64,000 nt of DNA from a virus. The translations under genes and the position numbers were made by a program. The notes under the pieces are model-generated. The model worked only from the letters and a program-made list of their open reading frames with translations. It was not told the origin of the DNA and did not search any database. The stretch lies in the IMG/VR virus record IMGVR_UViG_3300028393_001967; one strand, written 5' to 3'. Each line of letters begins with the position of its first letter. Position 1 is the first letter of the stretch. Below, one piece after another: positions 29,816-37,860 of this stretch.

Positions 29816-29905
29816 GGAAGCGTGGCAGAGCCCGGTTTATTGTACCTGACTTGAAATCAGACGTGTCGTAAGGCACCGTGAGTTCGAATCTCACCGCTTC
29901 CGCCA
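29816..29905 (+). tRNA. tRNA-Ser(UGA)
   Basis: Canonical class II; loop CTTGAAA; GCCA end. Confidence 0.92.
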
Positions 29906-29910
29906 TATAT

Positions 29911-30000
29911 GGAAAATAGAAGTGCTGGGCACTAAGCAACTTGGAAAGTTGTTCCACTTGTGATGAGCAGGTGACAGTTCGATTCTGTTATTTTCCTCCA
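29911..30000 (+). tRNA. tRNA-Ser(GGA), 8/4 fold
   Basis: GGAAAATA/TATTTTCC acceptor; ACAG/CTGT T-stem; loop TTGGAAA. Confidence 0.75.
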
Positions 30001-30012
30001 CTAAATAAGTGT

Positions 30013-30756
30013 ATGAGAATACAGGAACTATTGGTTGAAACTGCCGAAGATGATCGAGCTATCTTGAGTCTTGCAGACGCCATTTACAATTATCTTCAGT
30101 CCTACGCTGATACAGAGTTGGACTATGATGAAACTGGCGTGATACACATAGGACGTATAGGTGATCTTTTTGATACTCCTATTGAGATACTGAATAGTGT
30201 GAGACTGGAAATAACACCAGATGAAGCTATAGTGGATTTGGCACGTAGACTATACGGTCGTGCTACTCCAGCAGATAGTCATTTTGGACAATGGGACCCT
30301 ATGAACAAGGCCATAAGCCTAAATGCTGATTATTTGAGTTCTAAACGTATGCGTAATGTTATTGCACACGAACTAAGACACGCTATGGATGATGCTAAAA
30401 GTCTAAATAGGGCTAATCAAAGTACACGTTATCGTACAGCAAGAAGTGTTCAGCATCAAGCAGATCAAGATGGCGCTTATCAAGCACAGCCTGCGGAGAT
30501 CAACGCTAGATTCGTTGAAGCATTAAATTTACTAGTGCCCGTGATTGCCAAACTGAGCACATTGGATTCTACTAGTTTTAGAACTAAGATGACTGCATAT
30601 CTAAACCGTGCATTTGAACTTAAAGACATTGCAGATTATTATCCAGAAAAAACAGCAAATGCTCACTATAGAAGACTGCTTCAAAGAGCTTGGGACTTTA
30701 TCAACAAAGAACTGGCTCACGTGAAATCCCAGTCCTCTGATACTGCTGACACATAA
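30013..30756 (+). CDS. HExxH zincin-like protein, putative virion internal protein
   Basis: CTAAATA upstream; MRIQELLVE; VIAHELRH...PAEINAR. Confidence 0.65.
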   Translation: MRIQELLVETAEDDRAILSLADAIYNYLQSYADTELDYDETGVIHIGRIGDLFDTPIEILNSVRLEITPDEAIVDLARRLYGRATPADSHFGQWDPMNKAISLNADYLSSKRMRNVIAHELRHAMDDAKSLNRANQSTRYRTARSVQHQADQDGAYQAQPAEINARFVEALNLLVPVIAKLSTLDSTSFRTKMTAYLNRAFELKDIADYYPEKTANAHYRRLLQRAWDFINKELAHVKSQSSDTADT

Positions 30757-30761
30757 TTTTT

Positions 30762-30835
30762 AGGTCCTTAGTTTAATGGCAGAACACTGCTTTGACTTGG
30801 CGAAGATGAAAGTTCGATTCTTTCAGGACCTACCA
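30762..30835 (+). tRNA. tRNA-Val(GAC)
   Basis: Loop TTGACTT; weak anticodon stem; CCA. Confidence 0.8.
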
Positions 30836-30891
30836 AACTCTCCCTTACATACGGAGTACAATAGGACAAGTAGTATGTAAACTAATACAGG

Positions 30892-30920
30892 TTGACAACT
30901 GACCATGATAGTTGTATAAT
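30892..30920 (+). promoter_or_regulatory. Sigma70 promoter of the tRNA-Lys unit
   Basis: TTGACA-17-TATAAT. Confidence 0.85.
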
Positions 30921-30951
30921 AGATACTTAAACAAACAAAAGAGGTAACACA

Positions 30952-30981
30952 ATGAAACGTACTAAAGGTGCTAAAATGTAG
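30952..30981 (+). CDS. Lys-rich leader peptide MKRTKGAKM
   Basis: AAGAGG RBS; 3 AAA codons in 9; followed by a switchable hairpin and two tRNA-Lys genes. Confidence 0.6.
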   Translation: MKRTKGAKM

Positions 30982-31046
30982 TGTCAACCGTTGACCCCGT
31001 ATATGGTCTAAGGTTGGCACTTTAAAGACAATTTAATATGCACAAC

Positions 31047-31121
31047 CCACTCTAAACTTTGAAGGTGAAGTCCTGCCTCTTAAGCAGAGAGAACTGAGTT
31101 CGAGTCTCAGAGAGTGGACCA
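31047..31121 (+). tRNA. tRNA-Lys(CUU)
   Basis: Loop CTCTTAA; CCA. Confidence 0.85.
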
Positions 31122-31125
31122 TATA

Positions 31126-31200
31126 CGGGGTATAATTCAATGGCTAGAATAACCGGCTTTTACCCGGTCTATCAGGGTTCGAGTCCCTGTGCCCCGACCA
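31126..31200 (+). tRNA. tRNA-Lys(UUU)
   Basis: Loop CTTTTAC; CCA. Confidence 0.92.
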
Positions 31201-31276
31201 TATAAAAACACATTATACCAACTGACAATACCGTAACTGGGAAACTAAGGTTGTGTTTTAGTGTGTTTCTATATGG
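31198..31276 (+). repeat. Conserved-stem hairpin element D
   Basis: CCATATAAAAACACATTA...TAGTGTGTTTCTATATGG. Confidence 0.7.
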
Positions 31277-31326
31277 TCTTAACAGGAGTAATTACCCTGA
31301 TCCATAATCGGGAGTCATGACCCGAT

Positions 31327-31429
31327 GAACTCGTAGTGATGGAATGGTCAAACATAGGCCTCTTATAGGGCCGGTGGAGTTAAATGCCCACTTGCAGGTT
31401 TCGAAATCCTGCCTACAATGAGTTCGCCA
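31327..31429 (+). ncRNA. tRNA-like RNA with extended bulged acceptor stem and abnormal anticodon loop
   Basis: GAACTC-GTAG/CTAC-AAT-GAGTTC-GCCA; D-loop with GG; V-arm; 9-nt T-loop. Confidence 0.6.
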
Positions 31430-31522
31430 TATATAAACATACTAAAAATACCGTTATATCACAGTTGGTGCGTAGTGCCAACCAAGCGGACAGTTGAGTG
31501 ATAGTAGTATGTTTATATATGG
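31427..31522 (+). repeat. Conserved-stem hairpin element E
   Basis: CCATATATAAACATACTA...TAGTATGTTTATATATGG, a perfect 18-bp inverted repeat. Confidence 0.75.
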
Positions 31523-31596
31523 TGATGTAGCATAGCGGCCAATGCAGCTCCTTCATACGGAAAAGATCGTGAGTTCGAGTCTCACCATCACCACCA
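31521..31596 (+). tRNA. tRNA-Met/Ile2(CAU)
   Basis: Loop TTCATAC; mismatched anticodon stem; CCA. Confidence 0.85.
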
Positions 31597-31654
31597 AGTT
31601 TCATAATGGTTTGAACTCTAAATAGATAAGTACAGTTATAACTCCAAGGCTAAT

Positions 31655-32095
31655 ATGCTGCACCTAATTACTTCTGACACAGATAATTTTTTCAACTTCT
31701 TAAATGAAGATCCTGTTCGACCTTCTATTCCTACAATGAGTAGAATTGGTGCTAATCGAGATATCTTTGTATATCGTGACGAAGAAGGTAGTGTTAAGGC
31801 AATCACTTGTGTAAGTTATCAAGACTTTGTTCCAACAACGGAACAAGAATTGTTTACAGTAAATACTGAACCCAGTGTTGCAGTGTTTTACACCATTTGG
31901 AGTTATGCTCCTGGTGCTGGCCGTTCGTTGATTTTTAAAGCAGTTGAACACATTAAGGAAAACAAGCCATCAATAAAAAGGTTTGTTACATTGAGTCCAC
32001 CAACTGATATGGCACGTAAGTTTCATATTAAAAATGGTGCAAATGTTTTCCGTAGTAATGAAGAAACTGTTAACTACGAATACATTACTGTTTAA
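31655..32095 (+). CDS. GNAT-fold hypothetical protein (malonyl-CoA decarboxylase-like motifs)
   Basis: AVFYTIWS..GAGR.LI...RFVTLSP; TAAATA upstream. Confidence 0.5.
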   Translation: MLHLITSDTDNFFNFLNEDPVRPSIPTMSRIGANRDIFVYRDEEGSVKAITCVSYQDFVPTTEQELFTVNTEPSVAVFYTIWSYAPGAGRSLIFKAVEHIKENKPSIKRFVTLSPPTDMARKFHIKNGANVFRSNEETVNYEYITV

Positions 32096-32096
32096 T

Positions 32097-32171
32097 GGGC
32101 TTTTGGTGAAATGGATATCATAGCGGTCTTCGAAACCGTTGGTGGGAGTTCGATCCTCTCAAGGCCCGCCA
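32097..32171 (+). tRNA. tRNA-Arg(UCG)
   Basis: Loop CTTCGAA; GCCA end. Confidence 0.9.
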
Positions 32172-32174
32172 CAA

Positions 32175-32339
32175 TTAAAGATTGTTGATCCAACGTAGTG
32201 CAGAATTTACGTTGGTAAAGTATTTCATTTCGAAATATGTAGAATCATATGTGTCCTTAACAACGATGCAACATACCCCGTCTAACAAGCATAGATGAAA
32301 TTGTAGACCACTTGGAGTAACGTTGTCATATGTTCTCAT
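32175..32339 (-). CDS. Small hypothetical late protein antisense to the tRNA operon
   Basis: GATAAATA late box just upstream on the minus strand; MRTYDNV... Confidence 0.55.
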   Translation of the reverse strand: MRTYDNVTPSGLQFHLCLLDGVCCIVVKDTYDSTYFEMKYFTNVNSALRWINNL

Positions 32340-32351
32340 AAAAATATTTAT

Positions 32352-32426
32352 CTCGCTGTAGTACAATGGATAGTACCACTCACTCCTAACGAGTTAATAG
32401 GGGTTCGATTCCCTTCGGCGAGACCA
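32352..32426 (+). tRNA. tRNA-Arg(CCU)
   Basis: Loop CTCCTAA; CCA. Confidence 0.88.
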
Positions 32427-32448
32427 AATCAAATTAGACTTTTTAGGT

Positions 32449-32519
32449 GTGACTATGTTGTAATGGTAGCAACCTAGACTGTGACTCTGGTAGTACGGGT
32501 TCGAATCCCGTTAGTCACC
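32449..32519 (+). tRNA. tRNA-His(GUG) without encoded G-1 or CCA
   Basis: Loop CTGTGAC; C73; flanked by ACTTTTTAGG/CCTAAAAAGT. Confidence 0.88.
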
Positions 32520-32533
32520 CCTAAAAAGTTTAT

Positions 32534-32610
32534 GCCCCGTTACGCTAATTGGTAGTGCGGATTCTCTCAAAAGGAGTTGGATGTCTGTTCGAATCAGACA
32601 CGGGGTACCA
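32534..32610 (+). tRNA. tRNA-Leu(CAA), short variable region
   Basis: Loop CTCAAAA; A73; CCA; no V-arm. Confidence 0.8.
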
Positions 32611-32622
32611 TATAAATACACA

Positions 32623-33126
32623 ATGAAACTGCTAGACTTATTACTCGAATCCAATATAGATTCCCTATTAGAAGAATTTTGGGCACAATGTACACCTGTG
32701 CAATTACAATATTATTTTGTACAGGACAACTGCTATGGTGCTAGCCAGGACCTAATGCAGTTTTTAGATAAACAAAAAGGTATTCGTAATGCAGAGATTG
32801 TTCCTATTGGTAGAATAGTAAATGGTAAAAAGTCTATGGGCTGGTTTAGGGCCGATGTAGCAGATACAAGCCTAGATGCATTTACACGAGATGATGTTGC
32901 CAAACTACGTAGTCAAGGTTTAGATCCACGTAAATCTCAAGATCGAGTTGCCTATATAACTAACAACAACCTAACTGAAGAGTTTTGTTGGATTCCACAT
33001 AGTTGGGTAGAAATACGTGGACGTATACTAGATCCCAGCGGTTTCTACAAAGATGGCAAGAGCGGACAGTTTGATCGTATGGTCAAAGATAAAACTAATC
33101 TCACATCTAGATATCAATATTTCTAA
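32623..33126 (+). CDS. Hypothetical protein, putative virion internal protein
   Basis: TATAAATA at 32611; MKLLDLLLE; NCY...HSWVE...ILDP suggests a transglutaminase-like C/H/D triad. Confidence 0.6.
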   Translation: MKLLDLLLESNIDSLLEEFWAQCTPVQLQYYFVQDNCYGASQDLMQFLDKQKGIRNAEIVPIGRIVNGKKSMGWFRADVADTSLDAFTRDDVAKLRSQGLDPRKSQDRVAYITNNNLTEEFCWIPHSWVEIRGRILDPSGFYKDGKSGQFDRMVKDKTNLTSRYQYF

Positions 33127-33127
33127 T

Positions 33128-33202
33128 CTGGCGTTCGTATAGTGGAAAATACAGGAAGCTTCTACCTTCTAAACAGCGGTTCGATTCCGTTACGCCAGAC
33201 CA
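33128..33202 (+). tRNA. tRNA-Arg(UCU), second copy
   Basis: Loop CTTCTAC; CCA. Confidence 0.9.
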
Positions 33203-33212
33203 TATAACCTTA

Positions 33213-33297
33213 GCCCTGGTGGTGGAATTGGTAGACACGCAGCGTTGAGGTCGCTGTGCCGAAAGGCTTGGGAGTTCGAGTCTCCCCCAGGGCACCA
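33213..33297 (+). tRNA. tRNA-Leu(GAG)
   Basis: Class II; loop TTGAGGT; CCA. Confidence 0.93.
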
Positions 33298-33354
33298 AAA
33301 TTAATGATACAAAAAGACATTGACATTCATAGTTAAATACGTATAATAATATAT

Positions 33355-33467
33355 GCGGCTGTGAGTGGAATATAGCAGACCTCCCGCTTGACCCATAGTC
33401 AAGAATGGGGACGGGGCAAGGACATAGTCATTTGCTTTTGCGGGTGCAAGACCTGCCAGCCGTACCA
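33355..33467 (+). ncRNA. tRNA-Leu-like RNA whose anticodon loop is replaced by a hairpin/pseudoknot
   Basis: GCGGCTG/CAGCCGT-ACCA; insert CTTGAC-CCATA-GTCAAG-AATGGG; own promoter at 33320. Confidence 0.7.
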
Positions 33468-33520
33468 GATTTTAAATACTTGTTGACAAGGTGCAATAAG
33501 TAGTGTATAGTAAGTATTAA

Positions 33521-33610
33521 GGAACGGTCCCATAATGGTATTGGAGCGGATTGCTAATCCGTCGAGTGATGAAAGTCGCTTTCTGAGTTCGAGTCTCAGT
33601 CGTTCCGCCA
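33521..33610 (+). tRNA. tRNA-Ser(GCU)
   Basis: Class II; loop TTGCTAA; GCCA end. Confidence 0.9.
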
Positions 33611-33631
33611 TAAAATTTATAAAGAGAAAAA

Positions 33632-33856
33632 ATGAAACCTAATAAGACTTTCAAAATGCGTAGTACAACAAAGACATTAATGGGTTCAATCGTTGATCCA
33701 GTGCAACGTAATCAATTCAAGAATATGATGATCCAAGCACAATTGGCAAGTGAAGTTGTTGTTAAACGTGAACCACGTAATGATAACAAACCTCGTGGTA
33801 ATGCAGGTTATGTAACAAATGATACTGGCACTGCCAGTACTTCATCAGAAGAATAA
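33632..33856 (+). CDS. Small basic hypothetical protein
   Basis: AGAGA RBS; phage-like codon usage. Confidence 0.65.
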   Translation: MKPNKTFKMRSTTKTLMGSIVDPVQRNQFKNMMIQAQLASEVVVKREPRNDNKPRGNAGYVTNDTGTASTSSEE

Positions 33857-33863
33857 AGAATAT

Positions 33864-33936
33864 TGGCATATAGCTCAGTTGGTAGAGCAACGGACTGTTA
33901 ATCCGTGGGTCCCTGGTTCGAGCCCAGGTTTGCCAG
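33864..33936 (+). tRNA. tRNA-Asn(GUU), second copy, no encoded CCA
   Basis: Host-like body TAGCTCAGTTGGTAGAGC; loop CTGTTAA. Confidence 0.9.
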
Positions 33937-33945
33937 CCCTACATC

Positions 33946-34019
33946 GCTCTTATAGTTTAATGGAAGAACACTGTCTTGGTATGACAGGAATTGCAGTTCG
34001 ATTCTGCATTAGAGCACCA
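33946..34019 (+). tRNA. tRNA-Thr(GGU)
   Basis: Loop TTGGTAT; CCA. Confidence 0.88.
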
Positions 34020-34030
34020 TACTTAAACAT

Positions 34031-34507
34031 ATGAACAAATTTACAGACTTTCCAGAACAACCTCGCATTATGACCAATGATGAAGGTGAAAAATACTTTA
34101 ACAATATGGTCAGTCAAATTAATGATTTCAAACCTAATGAAATTATTGCTGTGGCACGTAGCGGATTTAGTTATGCTATGTGGACAGCGCAAATTCTTAA
34201 ATTACCACTAGGTGCATATTGGTCAGAACGTGGTGAATTGATTACTGGCTCTGATCCAGAACGTATTGTGTTTGTTGATGACAACATTTTGTCAGGTACA
34301 ACATACAAGGACACTAAACTGTTTATGAGTCGTTACTATCCCAATACTGAATGGCGTTGGGCAGTACTGTTTAGTGATTGGCTTACACCTGAACTTGTTC
34401 GCAATGAAATTATTCAAGGTGTTCGTTTACCTTACTTTGCTGAAGAACCCATGTGGGGCAGTAAGAAAGTAAGTGTTGATTACGGAGTAAGATTCCGAGA
34501 TGAGTAA
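34031..34507 (+). CDS. Type I phosphoribosyltransferase
   Basis: IIAVARSG and PRPP loop IVFVDDNILSGTT. Confidence 0.8.
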   Translation: MNKFTDFPEQPRIMTNDEGEKYFNNMVSQINDFKPNEIIAVARSGFSYAMWTAQILKLPLGAYWSERGELITGSDPERIVFVDDNILSGTTYKDTKLFMSRYYPNTEWRWAVLFSDWLTPELVRNEIIQGVRLPYFAEEPMWGSKKVSVDYGVRFRDE

Positions 34508-34916
34508 AATTGCTTTTGATTTGGATGGCGTATTAGTTCCAGACTATCACCATATTCCCAACTTAACAATGCAAGAGTTTTATCTACAGACTTTGTATGC
34601 CAAACCCCTGTTTAGTCCAGTTGGCGAGTTTGATATTGTAACTGCACGTTCAGCAGAATATAGGCCCATTACTGAAAAGTGGATTGAACAGTTGGCCACA
34701 CGACCACAAACTGTTATAATGAAAACTGACGATGCTGAAACAGCCGCAGATTTTAAATATCGTATCTGTGTAGAACAAGGTTACACATTGTACATTGAAA
34801 GTGATCCGGCAATTGTTGAAGCAATGCGTAAATTAATTTATGATAATGATTATGCCAATCTTGTAAATTGTAATGTAGTACATTTTGCAGGATTTATTGC
34901 GAGTAGCTTAAAATGA
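34500..34916 (+). CDS. HAD-superfamily phosphatase
   Basis: IAFDLDGVL, IVTAR, K and YIESD. Confidence 0.75.
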   Translation: MSKIAFDLDGVLVPDYHHIPNLTMQEFYLQTLYAKPLFSPVGEFDIVTARSAEYRPITEKWIEQLATRPQTVIMKTDDAETAADFKYRICVEQGYTLYIESDPAIVEAMRKLIYDNDYANLVNCNVVHFAGFIASSLK

Positions 34917-36319
34917 TTATTGATTGCTTTATGTTTTTCAACGAGTTTGATATGCTAGAAGGTCGACTTGAATATCTGTTTGACACTGTTGACTATTTTG
35001 TTATTGTAGAAAACGATCTCACTCATAGCGGAAATAAAAAGCCAATGAATTATGCAAATAATACAGAGCGTTATCGAAAATTTCAAAAGAAGATTATATA
35101 TCTTCCATTGAGTACTGATCATAGTAAGTATGACTGGAAAAGAGTGCCGCCGGTTGGTAGTTTGGATGTAACATCGTATTATGCATCTATGGCAATGGAT
35201 GTTGATCAACGTAATTATATTGCACAAGGTTTAAAACAGTTTAAACCCACTGATATTATTATGATCAGTGACTTGGACGAAATCCCAACCAAGAAAGCCA
35301 TTAAACAAGCAATACAACATATTAACAGTGGCGTGGAAGCGGTTGCATTTGTGCAAGATATGTTTTATTACAATCTTAAACAGAAGCAAACTAATCCTTG
35401 GGCAGGAACAATACTGACTACTAATAAATCAGTTGCTGAAAAAAGCCCGCAATGGTTTAGAAGAAAACGATGGGAGTTGCCTAAAATAATGGATGCTGGA
35501 TGGCATCTAAGTTATTGGATGACTCCTGAGCAAATACAACATAAGATTATGAACTTTGCTCATCAAGAATATAATATTCCTGATATTATTAATCTTGGAA
35601 ATATTGCAGAACGCATCAGAACTGGCAAAGATTTATTTGGTAGAGAAACGTCTACAACATCATACACTGAATTTATTCCTGTAGATAGAAGTAGTTTGAA
35701 TCCTGATTTGCTTTCAGTATTTGCTAAGTTTGAACCTAACCTGAATTATATTCCTCATTACTATGAAAATGTAGAAGGGTGGTTTAATCCTGGAGACATT
35801 GCGTTCTATAAAGAGATAATTGACAAGTTCAGTGGTCCTGCTCACTTTGTTGAGATTGGAAGTTACAAGGGAAAAAGTTCTAGCTTCATGGCTGTGGAAA
35901 TTGCCAACAGTGGCAAGAATATTAATTTTGACTGTGTTGATACTTGGGCAGGCAGTCCTGAACATCAAGCTGGTGGCAATCTAGAAGATCCAGATGTTGT
36001 TAACGACAAAATGTTTGACATCTTCAAACAGAATATGGAGCCTGTAAAAAGTTATTATAAAGCCAAACGTATGTCCAGTTTGGAAGCTGCTACTACTTAT
36101 TTGGATAAAAGTTTAGACTTTGTATTCATTGATGCAGATCACAGTTACGAAGCAGTTAGAGCAGATATCATAGCTTGGTGGCCAAAGGTAAAAAATGGCG
36201 GCATCATTAGTGGCCACGACTATCATATGGGTGCGCCAGGTGTTATGAACGCATCAAACGAACTGTTTGGTTATGTAAGAGTTACTGGCAGTTGTTGGTG
36301 GGTTGAGAAAAAAGTATGA
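34913..36319 (+). CDS. GT17 glycosyltransferase fused to a SAM methyltransferase
   Basis: FNEFDMLEGRL, ISDLDEIP and GWHLSY; then VEIGSYKGKSS, FVFIDADHSY and GGIISGHDY. Confidence 0.85.
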   Translation: MIIDCFMFFNEFDMLEGRLEYLFDTVDYFVIVENDLTHSGNKKPMNYANNTERYRKFQKKIIYLPLSTDHSKYDWKRVPPVGSLDVTSYYASMAMDVDQRNYIAQGLKQFKPTDIIMISDLDEIPTKKAIKQAIQHINSGVEAVAFVQDMFYYNLKQKQTNPWAGTILTTNKSVAEKSPQWFRRKRWELPKIMDAGWHLSYWMTPEQIQHKIMNFAHQEYNIPDIINLGNIAERIRTGKDLFGRETSTTSYTEFIPVDRSSLNPDLLSVFAKFEPNLNYIPHYYENVEGWFNPGDIAFYKEIIDKFSGPAHFVEIGSYKGKSSSFMAVEIANSGKNINFDCVDTWAGSPEHQAGGNLEDPDVVNDKMFDIFKQNMEPVKSYYKAKRMSSLEAATTYLDKSLDFVFIDADHSYEAVRADIIAWWPKVKNGGIISGHDYHMGAPGVMNASNELFGYVRVTGSCWWVEKKV

Positions 36320-37860
36320 CAACTATTCAATTAAAGAAGAAACTTAATTTTGGTGGCCGTCGGGTGGGACTAATCATCCCGCCTAGTCCCTTTCTGCTTG
36401 ACGAACGTGTCTTTGTAAGTCTAGGAATTTTGCGAGTTGCTGCTAGCCTTGAACAACAAGGAGTTGATGTTGGTGTTGTAGATCTCAGTGGTGTAAGTAA
36501 CTATTTGGAAGCACTTGATAGTTACGTTGAAACAGCAGACATCGAGTGGATTGGTATTACCTGCACTACTCCACAATTGCCAGCAGCAGTAAGGGTAGCT
36601 ACCCGTATTAGAAAAATACGGCCTAATCTACGTATTGTGCTTGGAGGCCCGCACGTTACACTAACTTACAGCGCAGTTAAGGTAGAAGAAAAAGCCGGAG
36701 TAATTGATGGTCGTGCTCGTAAAGCAGCGAGATTACTTGAAAGTTATTTTGATGTATTGGTATCAGGAGATGGAGAACTAGCAGTATTCGAATGTTTCAA
36801 ATCTGATTGTCCTAAAATGGTAGACGGTGACGATATGCGTGGTGATTTCTTTATGTCTAATGAACAGTATGAAGAACTTCCCCGCCCTGCAAGACATTTG
36901 GTTGATTTGAATACGTATCATTACAGCATTGAAGGGTTCCCCGCAACAAGTTTGATTGCACAGTTGGGATGTCCATTTAACTGCGGTTTTTGTGGAGGAC
37001 GAAATAGTAGAAGCCTACGTATTATTCGCACCCGCAGTGAATGGAGCATTGTTGACGAAGTGCGTTGGTTATATGAAACATATGGTTATACTGGTTTTAT
37101 GTTTTATGATGATGAACTAAACGTCAATAAAAGTTTTGTCAAATTGATGAACGACATTTATGACTTGCAACAGGAATTAGGTGTCGAGTTTAGACTACGT
37201 GGATTTATTAAAGCAGAATTGTTTACTGAAGAACAAGCGGAAGCAATGTACAGAGCTGGTTTCCGATGGATACTGAGCGGATTTGAATCCGCTGACCCTC
37301 GTATGCTGATCAACATTGACAAGATGGCCACACTGGAAGACAATACTCGTGTTGTTGAAATTGCTCACAAGTATGGACTAAAAGTCAAAGCATTGATGAG
37401 TGTTGGTCATCCTGGTGAAAGCGAAGAAAGTATTATGTGTATTCGTGACTGGCTGATCAAAATGAAAATTGATGACTTTGATTGTACAGTGATCACTACA
37501 TATCCAGGCACCCCATACTATGACCTAGCAGTACCTGATCCAGTAGAAAAAGGTGTTTGGACATACACGCATCGTAAAACAGGCGACAAGTTACACTCTT
37601 ATGAATTAGATCATACTGTAACGGCCGATTACTACAAAGGCGACCCTAATGGTGGTTACACTGCCTATGTGTTTACTGACAATTTGAGTGCCAAAAAGAT
37701 TGTGGAACTTCGCGACCTAGTAGAAAAAGACGTTCGAGCAGCATTAAACATTCCTTTTAATCCAGGTGGTGTAGCAGTAAAGTTTGAGCATAGTATGGGA
37801 CAGGGATTACCAGATTCCATATATCGCGAGTCTTTGGCTCTTGACATAGCAACTAAATGA
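36316..37860 (+). CDS. B12-binding radical SAM protein
   Basis: N-terminal cobalamin-binding-like domain (LGGPHVT); CPFNCGFC; FYDDE. Confidence 0.9.
   Translation: MTTIQLKKKLNFGGRRVGLIIPPSPFLLDERVFVSLGILRVAASLEQQGVDVGVVDLSGVSNYLEALDSYVETADIEWIGITCTTPQLPAAVRVATRIRKIRPNLRIVLGGPHVTLTYSAVKVEEKAGVIDGRARKAARLLESYFDVLVSGDGELAVFECFKSDCPKMVDGDDMRGDFFMSNEQYEELPRPARHLVDLNTYHYSIEGFPATSLIAQLGCPFNCGFCGGRNSRSLRIIRTRSEWSIVDEVRWLYETYGYTGFMFYDDELNVNKSFVKLMNDIYDLQQELGVEFRLRGFIKAELFTEEQAEAMYRAGFRWILSGFESADPRMLINIDKMATLEDNTRVVEIAHKYGLKVKALMSVGHPGESEESIMCIRDWLIKMKIDDFDCTVITTYPGTPYYDLAVPDPVEKGVWTYTHRKTGDKLHSYELDHTVTADYYKGDPNGGYTAYVFTDNLSAKKIVELRDLVEKDVRAALNIPFNPGGVAVKFEHSMGQGLPDSIYRESLALDIATK

Noticed and set aside
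28087-29871. ORFs called on both strands across the tRNA cluster (also 33107-33611, 38443-38640, 39342-39721, 41307-41510, 44151-44564)
   Set aside because: They are chance frames over tRNA, tmRNA and ncRNA genes, with no RBS or protein motifs.
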